Below, one piece after another: positions 1 to 11,019 of a stretch of DNA of 20,000 nucleotides. Made by a program: the position numbers and the translations under genes. A model generated the notes under the pieces. It saw only the letters and a list, made by a program, of their open reading frames with translations, had not been told where the DNA came from and did no database searches. Source of the DNA: Psammoneis japonica (taxonomy: Eukaryota); NCBI GenBank assembly GCA_008632985.1, contig QPGO01000294.1:49906-69905 (forward strand). The letters are read 5' to 3'. Position 1 is the stretch's first letter; each line of letters starts with the position of its first letter.

Positions 1-1388
1 GTCGTTTTTGTGCACGATTTGGGTCACGTGCGGCTGGAACACGTCTTGGTCATCTTCCAGGAAGACAGATGCCAGGATTTTGCCGGTGCCCTGATTTCCA
101 TCGCAAGGAAGTGCAGCGGTGTCGGGGACTTCTTGATGACTGCATCATCAGAATGATCATGTTTACTGTGCAGTCGAGTCAGTCTCTGGCAACCGTTGCC
201 AATTGGAGCATTTGATCTAAACTGCGACACAACAGAGGAAACAATCAATTTTGTTTTGATCACTCTTTGGAAGCATTGCGGATGTCGCTTTTCCCATGTT
301 TTAAGACAGCGGTCGTTTCAAGGAGCACCGCGTGGTGTCTTGTTTCAATCCCCAAAGGCGGCAGCTCACTGGGTCGGCGGTTGAGTGTGCAAGCAGGAAA
401 TGTGTCCCCGGCAGTGGGAAGAGCAGTGGAGTCTGTCAAAGAGAGACAGCACAGCTTTAGAATCGTCCAACAAAACACCTCTGGCGGGTGAATTCAGCCA
501 AAAGGTCATGAAAAGCTCCACCGGCATGCACTGCACGACAGCTCATGGTGTTAAAAAGGAAGCAACCAAGACGACCTTGACCTCTTGGAGAAGCCTGTTG
601 GCTGCTCTGCTGCTGGTGCTGCAGGCCAGATGACTTTACAACACGAAACATGACAAAAGTCGTCACCTTGTGCGCGTTGCCATTTCCAGCCAATGAAATC
701 CAAAGTGGCATCATTTGGAATGAAGAGTGGAGTCGAGTTGTTGTTGGCTTGATTCCAATTTGCACGCCCAACGGATGCACCGTAACTGATGCTTCAATTC
801 TGCTAGAGTCAGTGTCATGCTGCTGCTGCTGGGAACCACCGCGATCCTAGAACAACACACATTCCAACACCGAGTGAGGTGATTGCACCCAATGGTTGTT
901 GCGTGTTTTTGTTGCGCACTGCTGCAGCACACAACATGAAATTGGCAATGACAGCAGAATCTTTAATGGAGAACAACCAGATTTTTCTTTTGGCAATTGC
1001 ACGTCAAACTTTTTTGGCTGCTGCACTGTAGATCCCTGCTGCCGGCAGTCGGATGGAGACAGGCAGTTTGGCGACCAAACGGCATTTCATGCCAGTGGTG
1101 CACTGCACAACATCTGTTTGCCCTCATCCATTTTAAGCTGCAATTTCATCACCAACTAGATCAAGAACGTCACCGCACCACTGCCATTCCTTCAGTGAAT
1201 TTGGACGTAAGACACAAGACGTGAGCATGTGCTGTTGCTGCAATTTGCTCTGGCTGTGCAGAGGGCATCGTGATCGTTCAAAAGGATGGCAGCGTGCCAC
1301 ACCATCAAAGTTACATTCACCATTGTTGAAACATTCAACAAACGATTTCACCTTGGCAAAGCTCCTCTGATGAGGTCTTGGGTGCCCA

Positions 1389-1990
1389 GGAAAAGATGTG
1401 CTGCGAAAAGTGCTGACTCCAAAAAGCGACGTTGTGGATTTCATCGATTGGCACTGTGGTGAATGTGCGCAAAGCAATGTTGAAAAAGAGCATGCAGTGG
1501 CAATGGCCGTTCAGCAGGGCTGTGATGTCGCACTCATTCACTCACTCCAACATGGGACATGGTGAGCCATTGCAATGGAATCCTTGACACAGAACATGAC
1601 CCTCTTTGTGAGAATGGTGAGGCGGAATTCTCGGCATCAGATCTTCCAAAACGATCCGTCAAGGCAAAGAAATGTGCACAACCTGTGATCTGTACATTGA
1701 CTGTGGAGATGTGGTGACTGTTGGGGTGTGGCTGAATCCCCAGCTCTGGATCTTTCCCAATCACGGTGTTTGCTTCGAAGTGGAAGGGTGCTGTGACGAA
1801 AGCAAAGAATTCGAACTTGACATTTGGTTGGAAGTGGAGCCTGAGCACCCAGGAAAGGATGCACTTGGATTGCCAGAAAAAAGTCTTTTTCTTCAGCAGC
1901 ATCTCAAGGAATTTGAAGAAAAGAGGGATTCAGACCTCAAGGCTGGAGGATCTGTGCCAAAAATGAATGGGATGTTTTACAGTGCAGTTC
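1389..1990 (+). pseudogene. Decayed SET-domain (LSMT/SETD3-SETD6-like) methyltransferase gene fragment
   Basis: Joining frames gives GKDVLRKVL...AVAMAVQQGCDVALI/PTWDMVSHCNGILDTE.../IRSSKTIRQGKEMCTTCDLYIDCGD...PQLWIF. This matches the SET signature LIPxxDMxNH followed by A(S/T)RxIxxGEE(I/L)xxxY. There is an 8-bp insertion at 1539-1546 and further frameshifts. The 5' boundary is uncertain and may extend to ~950. Confidence 0.65.
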
Positions 1991-4900
1991 TTCAATGCAA
2001 AATCAGACACAACAGAAGCTGTGCTTGAGTGGTTGGAGGAATGCGACAACAAGCTGTAAGGTGTTTTAAAGCTCCGCCTCACTGCAACTTGTCTCTTGAG
2101 GAGATTCACAAGCGGAAGAAATTTCTGGATCCCTGTGGCATGGAAATGCTCAGACGAGATTGTTGAACGACTTGTGGGTGAACAGGTCGATGAGGTCAGA
2201 GGACTGTCTTTGCTGACAGCAGCATTGGAGCTGGCTTGGTGGCTTGTCATGCCCTGGATGAGGCAGGACTCATTTGCAAATGTCTTGACATCAACAATGC
2301 AGTCAAGACAAAGAACAAGAAGATTGTGTGGTGTCAACTGGGGGATGCCACAAACGAAGAAAAACAAAGGCCTCATTTGTCAGTGCTTCACTTTGAGCAT
2401 GCAGCTGGACCAAACCTTCAGACAGAATGCCATGAAATGATTCTGCTTTTGCCCCTTTACTTTGGAGAGGGAGGCACAACCAGCGATGCTGTCTTGGACG
2501 CCAGCACACAATGGCAGGCCATTGGGAGAGTGTTTGGACCCGGACAGAGCAGCCCGGTTGTCAATCTCTTCAGGATTGAAGTTCGTGGTCCCAACGATGA
2601 AGAGTGCCTTGATGGTCAGCCAATTTGCCAAAACACTGACAAGGAGACAATCGTGATGGCAATCAATGCTGGGGATGAATGAAGATCATGTGGTGTTTGC
2701 TGCAATTGTTCTCAGTCAGTGTTGATCTGTTTGGCACTTGCTTGTTCCTCCTTCTGATGCTTCAGATGAAGTCCTTCCTCAAATCATTGTTGTCCAAGTT
2801 GACTCTGCCCAGCCTTGTTGCCTGGAACCACACACAAAGAGAACATCATTTGAGAAACATCCAGACTTGTTTGGTCTGCTGCAACTTAGAAATGACTGGC
2901 TGCCTCAACACTGCATCTGTTGTGTGCAAAGTGTCAATCTTGACAACAAACTGGGTTTCACAGAAATGGTGCTGGGAGAAGAATGTGCCCAAAGCCAGCA
3001 ACTCCAGCTGCTGTGGTGTGCATTCAGAGTCAAAAGAGCAGACAGCTGGGGGGGGGGATTGTCAAAAATCTAACTGCAGCAGGGTCTCCACATCTTTCAG
3101 CTTGATCTGTGGACAGCCAATGGCCTCCCCCTGCAGAAGTCCCCTTCACACACTTTTGCAGGATTGGATGCTGGTGTGCTGATGGCTCAGATTTGCTCAA
3201 GCACAGGCTTTTCCCCAGAGAGCCACCTGCTGCCAGCATTGTCACATTTTGAAGAGTTTTTGCCACACCATTGATTGAGTGCCAAAAGAGTGAAGAGGAA
3301 ACAAAAATCTCCAATGCCAAGGATCAGGCAACACATTTTCAGGCACCCCCCTGGCAGATGACTTGATGCACCCAGACATGACTTGCCCATGAGATTGTTC
3401 ATTTTGCTGCAAAGAGGCCCCACATGCACCATTGCTCAGCAAGCCATGCCCTCTGCTTGCAAAAGAAAAATGTCCCTGCACACACCAGTGCAAAAGCAAA
3501 TGTGGTGGATTTGAAACACAGGTGTGAACAGCACACAATCAGGCAAAGGCAATTCATTGAAGAAGCCAACCGTTTTTTTGTTCTGCAGCTTGTCAAGACT
3601 CACAATCAAGGCCTCTGTTCTTGGCACAATTGCCGCACCAAACACAGAGACAGGACAGCCCCAATTGTCAGCATGCAGAGCTGCACTCACCTGCATTGGA
3701 GCCACATGTTCTCCCACACAACAATGAAAAAAATTGAGAAAGACAGTCACCATGTGCTTCTTTGAGAATGTGCTGACATGGCTTTGTGAACAAGCCACTG
3801 CAGGTTGTGCTCAGAAAAACACCCCTCTGCCTGACAGATGGTGGCTTGCATTTGTCACAGATCAAGCCAAAAATGGAAGTCCACAACTTGGACATCATGC
3901 ACCACTTTGCCAGCTCTGCATCCTTGCATTTTTAGAGCAAACAGTGTTGCAGCATGGCCAGGGTTGGTGGGGTTTCAAGTTTGGGTCAGGGGACAGAGAG
4001 TGGAAATTTTCTGGCAAAACTTGAAGCATGTGTGTGACCAAGCAAGATTCCATCTAAAAAGTTAGTCTGTGACATGACCAAGTTAATCTGCTGTGAGGAG
4101 CCAGCACCCAAAATGCTTGCCACAGGTGGCATGGTGCCAACAAGAACAACAGCGCCATCAACACAGGCTCCCATGCTAAGAAATGTGTTGTTTCTTTTGC
4201 TCAGAGCACTGCTCCAATGTTTTCCATCACTCCCATTGATTGCACAACAACTCCTTTGAAACACAAGAGCTTCCTTCCTCCAAAATGATGCAGCCACCTG
4301 AGTTGATGCACTCATGTCCAGTGCCATGGTTGCTGCAAGCGCCTGCCCCTCCAATGACTCCCTGGTGTCATGTCCCATTGACTGAATGACCATGTGGCTC
4401 TTCTGAAACACAACAGCTTCTGCCTCTGAAACAACATTGCAGCTGCCAGAACTGAAGCACTCATGCCTCCCACAGATGCCAGCACAAGCCCACCCCTCCA
4501 ATGTCTTGCAGCCATGGTGTTGAAAACATTCCAAGAAAGACACAAAACATGCATTGCAAGGAGCAAGAACCTCATGCTGAGCTCCAGCCATCAAGCTGTC
4601 TTCATCCATCTTGACATTCAAAGTCCAGCCAGTGCTGCATGCTGTGAGCTGAGTGAACCACTGTTGCTGGTGCTGGAAGCACCAGAGACAAACGAGCTGA
4701 AACACAGTCACATGTGCTGGCACCATTTCACCTGAAAAAAGGACAGAGATTGTGCATGAGCATGCCCCACTGGCAATCAACAGACTGCACCCAAGACTCA
4801 ACTGGCAGCTGGAACGTCATGATTCAGCAGCGTGGTTGTGAGCAAATCTGGATGGAGAGCCATGTCACAATTGGTGATTGGTTGACACATGTGAGTCGAG

Positions 4901-5451
4901 TGGTGCTGCAGCAACCCGCTCACAATCCAATCAGGTTTGGGCTGCATTGACAGTGTTGCCACTTTCCATTGGACGCAAGGTGTCGCACTTGTTCTTTCGT
5001 TGCATCAAGATTTATTGCTTTGTCAGAGCCAAGACGAAAAAGACAGAACAAAATGGTTTCAAACACAACTCGTCATGGACGATTGTTTGTTGTGTTGTTT
5101 GCATGGAATGTGCAGCTGTAGAAACGGTGCTGAACTGTGCGCGATGCGTCAGAATTCGGATTGATGCGCATGAAGATGCGTCTCGTGTCGCTTGTCATGA
5201 TGTCCACAAAACAGCTTGCAATGGCAACACTTGCAATGACAGTCACTGTCCTCACATGTGTGATGGGTGTGAGGGGACTGCGGCATTGGGCGACATGCCC
5301 GAGCCTGTGCTCAATGATGTCGGTTGACATGAACGACACAGGACTGATCACCCTGACGTCGGGTGGCTGTGTGAACCCATCATCACAACACAGAGAAAGT
5401 GCAGCTGCCGTGACCATGCAGACTCACAGCTGTGTGTCCCCAATGCGGAGG

Positions 5452-6227
5452 ATGGCAGCAGTGGCAGCACCAGCAGCAGCACTTGTGGCATTGGCCGCGG
5501 CAGCTGACATTGACGCAGTTTTGCAAGTTTGTGGTGTTGCTGACCAGAACGCAAGGGCAAGGTTGGTTTTCTACGAAGGGTTCATGACTTTGGAAAACAT
5601 CGCAGTGATGGAGAGTGACCATGATGTGGAAGATGTGGTGCAGAGGGCATCTTGTCACACGGTGGCCGACGGACGCGTGACTCTGGGACTGTTCAGATCA
5701 AGAACTTGCAGGCGCTAGCATGGTGGTGCCAGGATTTGCTTGAATGGAACCAGCCATTGGTTGCGGCAGACTTTAATGCAGCAGCCATGGCTGCGGCCCG
5801 GGATGGCAGGCGCATCAAAAAGGAGCGCACGGACTTGGACGCGTCGGCAAGCGGCCTCGTGAAGTTTGAGCCTGATGATTTTGATGTGTGCGAAGACGCT
5901 TTCTTGAATCTCCTGGCACAGAAGTTTGGCGTGTTGAAAGATCCCCTTTGCCATGTGGCAAGGATGATGCCAGCTCCGGCTGCATTCGCGGACACCCAAC
6001 AACAGCGCATGCACCAGACACCTTTGAATGGTGCCGCATGTGACGAGGACAACCGCAGCGTTTGTCATGTGTTGAAGGAACACTTGGTCGACATGGCAGG
6101 ATGGGCATGGATCAAACCGTTTGACGCAACAGAAGATGGGCGTGGAGCATTCAACGCATGGGTTGACCATTGCAACGGACAGGGCGAGTTGAGCAAGCGC
6201 ATTCATCTGGCTGTGGCAACTGTTGAA
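5452..6227 (+). pseudogene. gag: Copia gag, N-terminal and central part (frameshifted, interrupted)
   Basis: ATG at 5452 opens MAAVAAP...DGRVTLG. A 1-bp frameshift at ~5686 continues as TVQIKNLQALAWW...PLCHVAR...DNRSVCHVLK...GWAWIKPFDATEDGRGAF..WVDHCNGQGELSKR, which I recognise as CoDi-type gag. Similarity is lost after ~6227. Confidence 0.8.
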
Positions 6228-6415
6228 ATGACGTGTTCCAGTCCCAGGTGACACACAAAATGACAATCGATTTTGAATGTAAATTGTGCATCTCTCAGTG
6301 CATGAAGCACTTTCACACAAAATGCTCAGGAGGATTGGCTTTTACAGGCATCTGGAGCATGAACAATTGTGAAGAATTAAACAGTTTTTTGTGGGGTGTT
6401 GAATTCCTCATGGGA

Positions 6416-6615
6416 NNNNNNNNNNNNNNNNNNNNNNNNNNNNNNNNNNNNNNNNNNNNNNNNNNNNNNNNNNNNNNNNNNNNNNNNNNNNNNNNNNNNN
6501 NNNNNNNNNNNNNNNNNNNNNNNNNNNNNNNNNNNNNNNNNNNNNNNNNNNNNNNNNNNNNNNNNNNNNNNNNNNNNNNNNNNNNNNNNNNNNNNNNNNN
6601 NNNNNNNNNNNNNNN
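6416..6615. other. Assembly gap (200 N)
   Basis: Run of N; the true length is unknown. Confidence 1.
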
Positions 6616-7088
6616 AAGCGCAAGATTTCCAAATGAGCCATTGTGGTGGCGGTGGCCACGGCTTTTGTTGAGGTCGTGGTTGCGGAGGAAGATTTGGATG
6701 TGGGGGCGGACGTGGACGTGGTGGTGGACGCCAAGGTGGAGGGGGCGACCACACTGCTGTGCTCAATGGAGCAGATGTGTCCGACCCCACAAGGAGCTTT
6801 AGCGCTCAAGAATGGGAAAAGTTGCAGTGCAATGGAGGCATGAGCTGCATGTTCCAGGCTCGCGAACGAATGGGTCATGGACGCGGTGGTGGCCGTGGGT
6901 CTCCCGCAGGTCGCGATGGGGGCGGCAGGCATGCAGCTGAAGCCCGAGTCCATCAAGATGGCCAAGACCAAACCCAACAACAGGATCAGGAGCAAAAGAG
7001 CAGCGGGCGTGGTCGCGGCGCTGACCGTGATCGCGGTGGATGCAATGGACGCACCTTTGGTCGGGGAGCCCATGATGGTTCCACCTGA
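6616..7088 (+). pseudogene. gag: Copia gag C-terminal RGG-rich region
   Basis: GR/RGG repeats flank LNGADVSDPTRSFSAQEWEKL and end FGRGAHDGST* (TGA 7086-7088). The internal TGA at 6669-6671 and several TGT/TGC codons are consistent with decayed Arg (CGN) codons. Confidence 0.75.
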
Positions 7089-7097
7089 CTCCTTGGG

Positions 7098-10000
7098 GTG
7101 GCAACAGCTGCTGGAGCATTGGCGCATTTGGCACACTTGTCGTTTTTGCTTGTGCCACTCTTCTTGCTCTTGACTCGACCCCACCCAATGTCTCGTTTCA
7201 AAGGAAAGGCGACAAAGAGACACATTGCTGTAACGTCAAAACGTGTGATCCGATCGATGAGTTCTGCACAGATGACAAATTTGATGACACCTGGGTTCAT
7301 TGCTCGAAATGAATGTGACACTCACGTGGACACTTGTTGCACTGGAGCGAACTGGAAACTCATGGAGTTGACGAATGAAGTGTGCAAAGTGCACCCATTT
7401 CTGGACTCTTGTGAGCCGATCAAACAGATTCCTGTGGCACGTTGTTGCACCGCACGGACAGATCCGGAAACGACTCGTGAACATTTGCTGGTTGGTGATC
7501 AAATGCTCTGGTTTGGAACCGACACGGAACATTCACTTTTGAATCCCAACCAACTCCGTGCGCACAACATGCCCGCACACGACAACCCTTGCAACACTCG
7601 AAACGGATTTGGCATTGAAGCTGACGAAGCTTTCATCCCTTTCAATGCCACGGGGACAATTGTGTCTTTCAAGTCTCGTGTTCCAACGGATTGGGAAGTG
7701 CAGAACTCACCGGTCATGCTGTTGACAGGTGACACATGGGATCCAGCACAGACAGACATGGGCTCACCGGAGCGCACTGGAGCGCAGGCGGAGATGCGTG
7801 CCATTCGATCATTGAACTCTGGCATGTGACAAGAAACGCTGGGGCAAGGTCAAAATGCAACTGTCATCAATGTCCCCCATCTGTCAACTTCAATTGTTTT
7901 GGGACAGACTTGTCAGCTCAGTTGATGTGGCTTGCACATGTCGCGACGACGTGGACAAGAGGCAGATGGCAGTCAAAGATTTGCACAGCAAGGATCGACA
8001 CTCAAAAGTTGACGCTGAAGAGTTGGCTCGGAAATGGAGTGTCGGCTTAGAAACGGCAAAAGACACTCTCAACGTAACTGCTCAGCGCGGTGTGCGAACG
8101 GCGACCCAGCCGATGTCACGAAGAGTGAGGGTGGATCATCTTGACTTGCATCGGAAGCGTCTGAAAGGAACATGATTTGTGGATGCTTTGACATCCAAGG
8201 TGAAGTCCTCACTCGGCAACACGTGTGCCAATGTTTGCACTCAGGGCAAATTCGTGAAGGTTGTGCCGATGACCGCCAGGTCGGAGGCAGGTTTGTCTCT
8301 TGTTGAATTTACAGACGACGTGGGTGCACCAGAACATCTTGTGTCAGATGGGGCAGGAGAGTTCACCGGAAGGAGCACCGAGTTTGTGAGACACGCACGA
8401 CGCATGAGGATGCAATTGAGAACATCAGAACAGGGCCGAAAGAATCAGAATCAGGCAGCGGAGCACGAAATTGGTTTCTTGGCCAAGCGCTGGCGGCTGC
8501 AGATGACAAAGAAGAAGGTGCCAAAGCGATCATGGGACTTCTGTCTTGTTTGCAAGTCGGAACTGGTGTCGCGCATGGCAAGAGGCAGAGACAAGAGGAC
8601 TGGACATGAAGAGGTCACTGGACAGACACCGGAAATGGGCGAGTGTTTGGACTTTGGTTTCTGTGACATGGTGTGGTGGTGGGACAGGCCCAACAAGCCA
8701 AATGCAACAGACGATCCTCGAAGGCTTGGACGGTGGCTTGGCATCTCTCACAAAGTTGGCTCGGACATGCGCCATTGGATCATTGCGGAAAGCGGGAAGA
8801 TTGTCTCCAAAACATCCGTTGAGCACGTGACACAGGCTGACATGGTGCAACCGGACATTTGTGTCAAGGTCGACAACTTTAATGAGCAGCTGGAGAAGCG
8901 ATTGGATGATGCCAACTTTGTCTCAAAGGGTGATGAAGCAGCACCCCCATTTGTGTTGGACGATCTTGCAATTGACGGCAACTCTGGTGTGGAATGTGAG
9001 GGCAGTGTCACGCCAGAGGACAAGGAACATGGCGACATGCCATTGCCCGACGAGCAACCAGACGACAATGATGAGCAGGCAATCGATCAACACCTGGGAA
9101 TGGAACTTGTGTTTGACATCGGAACCGACGGCAAGCAACGTGGTGTTGCAACGAAACCTGCAAGAGGACAGGATGGGCGTCCAGTTGGGACTCGGCATCA
9201 AAACCCATTGTTTGACACTCGCGAGTGCGAAGTGGAATGTGCCGACGGAACCACAGATGAGCACACAGCCAATGTCATTGCCGAGAACATGTTTGCTCAG
9301 GTTGACAGCAAAGGCAACCAGTGTTCTGTCTTGCACGAGATGCAGGACCACAAGAGGAGTGACGATGCAGTGTCAATTGCTGACGGTGCCGTGCGAACCG
9401 CTGACGGGAAGGAGAAGAAGAAGATCACAACAAAAGGGTGGAAGTCATTGGTCGGATGGAAGGATGGCAGCTCATCTTGGGTCAAACTCAAAGATCTGAA
9501 GGACTCCAACCCCATTGAAGTTGCTGAGCATGCTGTTGCGAACAGGTTGACGGAGGAACCTGCTTTTGCTTGGTGGGTCACACATGTCCTGCGCAAACGG
9601 AATCGCATTGTGTCCAAGGTTAAGAAGAAGCACTGGTGCATGACTCACAAGTTTGGGGTCTGATTGCCCAAGTCAACGGAGGATGCTCTGCGGATAGACC
9701 AGGAAATGGGGACAGATCATTGGGCTCGTGCAATCAACAAGGAGATGGCAAAGGTGAAGGTGGCATGGCGCGAGCACGAGGCTGAAACCCCTCAAGTCGT
9801 CCGGGAAGGCAAGAGTGCAACTTTGCGTGGTTGCAAGGAGATCAGGTGCCACATGGCATTCGATGTTAAAATGGATTTCACCAGAAAGGCAAGGTTTGCA
9901 GCTGGCGGACACACGACAGAGGCTCCGGCATCGATCACTTGTTCTGGCATGGTTTCCAGAGACAGTGTGCGACTTGGATTCTTGTTGGCAGCTTTGAATG

Positions 10001-10950
10001 GGATCGACATTGCAGCGATTGTTCTGGAGAGTGCTTGTCTCAATGCACCGTGCGCAGAGAAGATGTGGTTTGAAGGCGGAAAGGAATGCAGCGAGTGTGA
10101 AGGAAAGGTGCTTGTTGTCACTTGGGCGATTGATCTGGAGAATGCTTGTCTCAATGCACCGTGCGCAGAGAAGATGTGGTTTGAAGGCGGAAAGGAATGC
10201 AGCGAGTGTGAAGGAAAGGTGCTTGTCATCACTTGGGCGTTGTGTGGCTTAAAGAGCTCGGGACACTCGTGGAGGTCTGCACTGTCATCGGTCTTGCGTG
10301 ACTTGGGCTTCGAATTGACGAGAGTGGATCCGGATGTCCACTTGCGTGCGGCGACTCGTGAGGACGGGCATGAGCATTGTGAAATGCTTTTGGTTCATGT
10401 CGATGACACACTGATCATTTCCCATCAGGGGAAGTCCATTGTTGCTGCAACAGGTGAACACTGTGCCGTGAAGCCCGGCAGTGAAGGAGAACCAGAAGTT
10501 TGTCTTGGGGCCAACGTTGAGAGGGTTCAGACTCAGGATGGGCGCACGATTTGGGCAAGTTCACCGAGATCACATGTTAAATCGGCGATTGAGACTGTGG
10601 AAGGCCTGTTGGATGAAGACGGCAATGGAGAGGTTCTGAAGAACAGTGCAAAGGATCCACCACCCCCAAAATGCAAACCAGAGCTGGACGTGACGGACGA
10701 GTTGGGCCCCGACTTGGTGGACAGGTGTTTGCAGCTGACAGGGATTTGTCGTTGGGCGATCAAGTTGGGTCGCATCGACATCTTGCATGAGGTCTCAATC
10801 TCATCTCAATGTCAAGCCAACCCGAGGAAAGGACACCTTGAGGCATTGTGTCATGTGTTTGCGCACATGAAGAAGCACCAGAATGTTGGGCGCATCGGAT
10901 TTGATCCAAAGGAACCGGTGATTGATGAATCCATTTTTAATTCAAATGCA
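7098..10950 (+). pseudogene. pol: Copia pol: aspartic protease (~7300-7750), integrase (~7990-8850), chromo-like segment (~9425-9580), reverse transcriptase (~9700-10950)
   Basis: The ORFs 7098-7829, 7855-8175, 8179-9663 and 9664 onward join through one frameshift (~7827-7855) and in-frame TGA stops at 8173 and 9661. The RT catalytic motif reads HVDD at 10396-10407. RNase H is absent. Confidence 0.93.
10018..10239 (+). repeat. In-frame 111-bp tandem duplication inside RT
   Basis: 10018-10128 and 10129-10239 are near-identical (4 mismatches seen), with GCG at each boundary. The peptide IxLExACLNAPCAEKMWFEGGKECSECEGKVLVxTWA occurs twice. Confidence 0.97.
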
Positions 10951-11019
10951 ATTAATTTCACTCTGTGTGGGGGGGCATGGCATTTGGACAATCCAAACAT
11001 GCCGGTTTGTGCCGTCAAG

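Larger units (their letters stand above)
5452..10950 (+). mobile_element. Degenerate Ty1/copia LTR retrotransposon of the diatom CoDi type (gag-PR-IN-RT); 3'-truncated before RNase H
   Basis: Domain order protease, integrase, RT is diagnostic of copia. Motifs seen: protease NECDTHVDTCCTGAN; integrase D..SDGAGE..E with LGRWLGISHKVGS; RT FDVKMDFTRKARFAAGGH, VSRDSVR, ALCGLKSSG, LVHVDD, LGRIDI, PRKGHL. Multiple stops and frameshifts. No paired LTRs in the window. Confidence 0.95.

Noticed and set aside
2700..4800. Possible decayed transposase or other gene on the minus strand
   Set aside because: No catalytic or family motif was recognised in any frame; the block is too eroded to call.
5147..5390. 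Candidate 5' LTR (..GTCAGAATTCGG to ..CATCACAACA) upstream of gag
   Set aside because: The position is plausible, but there is no second LTR, recognisable PBS or target-site duplication in the window to confirm boundaries.
7098..10950. Alternative genetic code (TGY or CAY read as Tyr, or TGA as sense)
   Set aside because: Tyr is replaced by both Cys and His. ATA/GTA/TTA codons and non-coding DNA lose TA as well, and frameshifts show the element is dead. A dinucleotide-level mutation explains all of this.
5452..10950. Classical fungal RIP or plain 5mC deamination as the cause
   Set aside because: RIP increases TpA and creates stops. CpG decay cannot turn TAY into TGY/CAY, and CpG is still abundant in the element.
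5452..10950. ADAR-type editing of the retrotransposon RNA
   Set aside because: Editing of one RNA strand would give A->G only. Here T->C (His, Thr, Ala, Ser outcomes) is also frequent, and non-retroelement DNA is equally affected.
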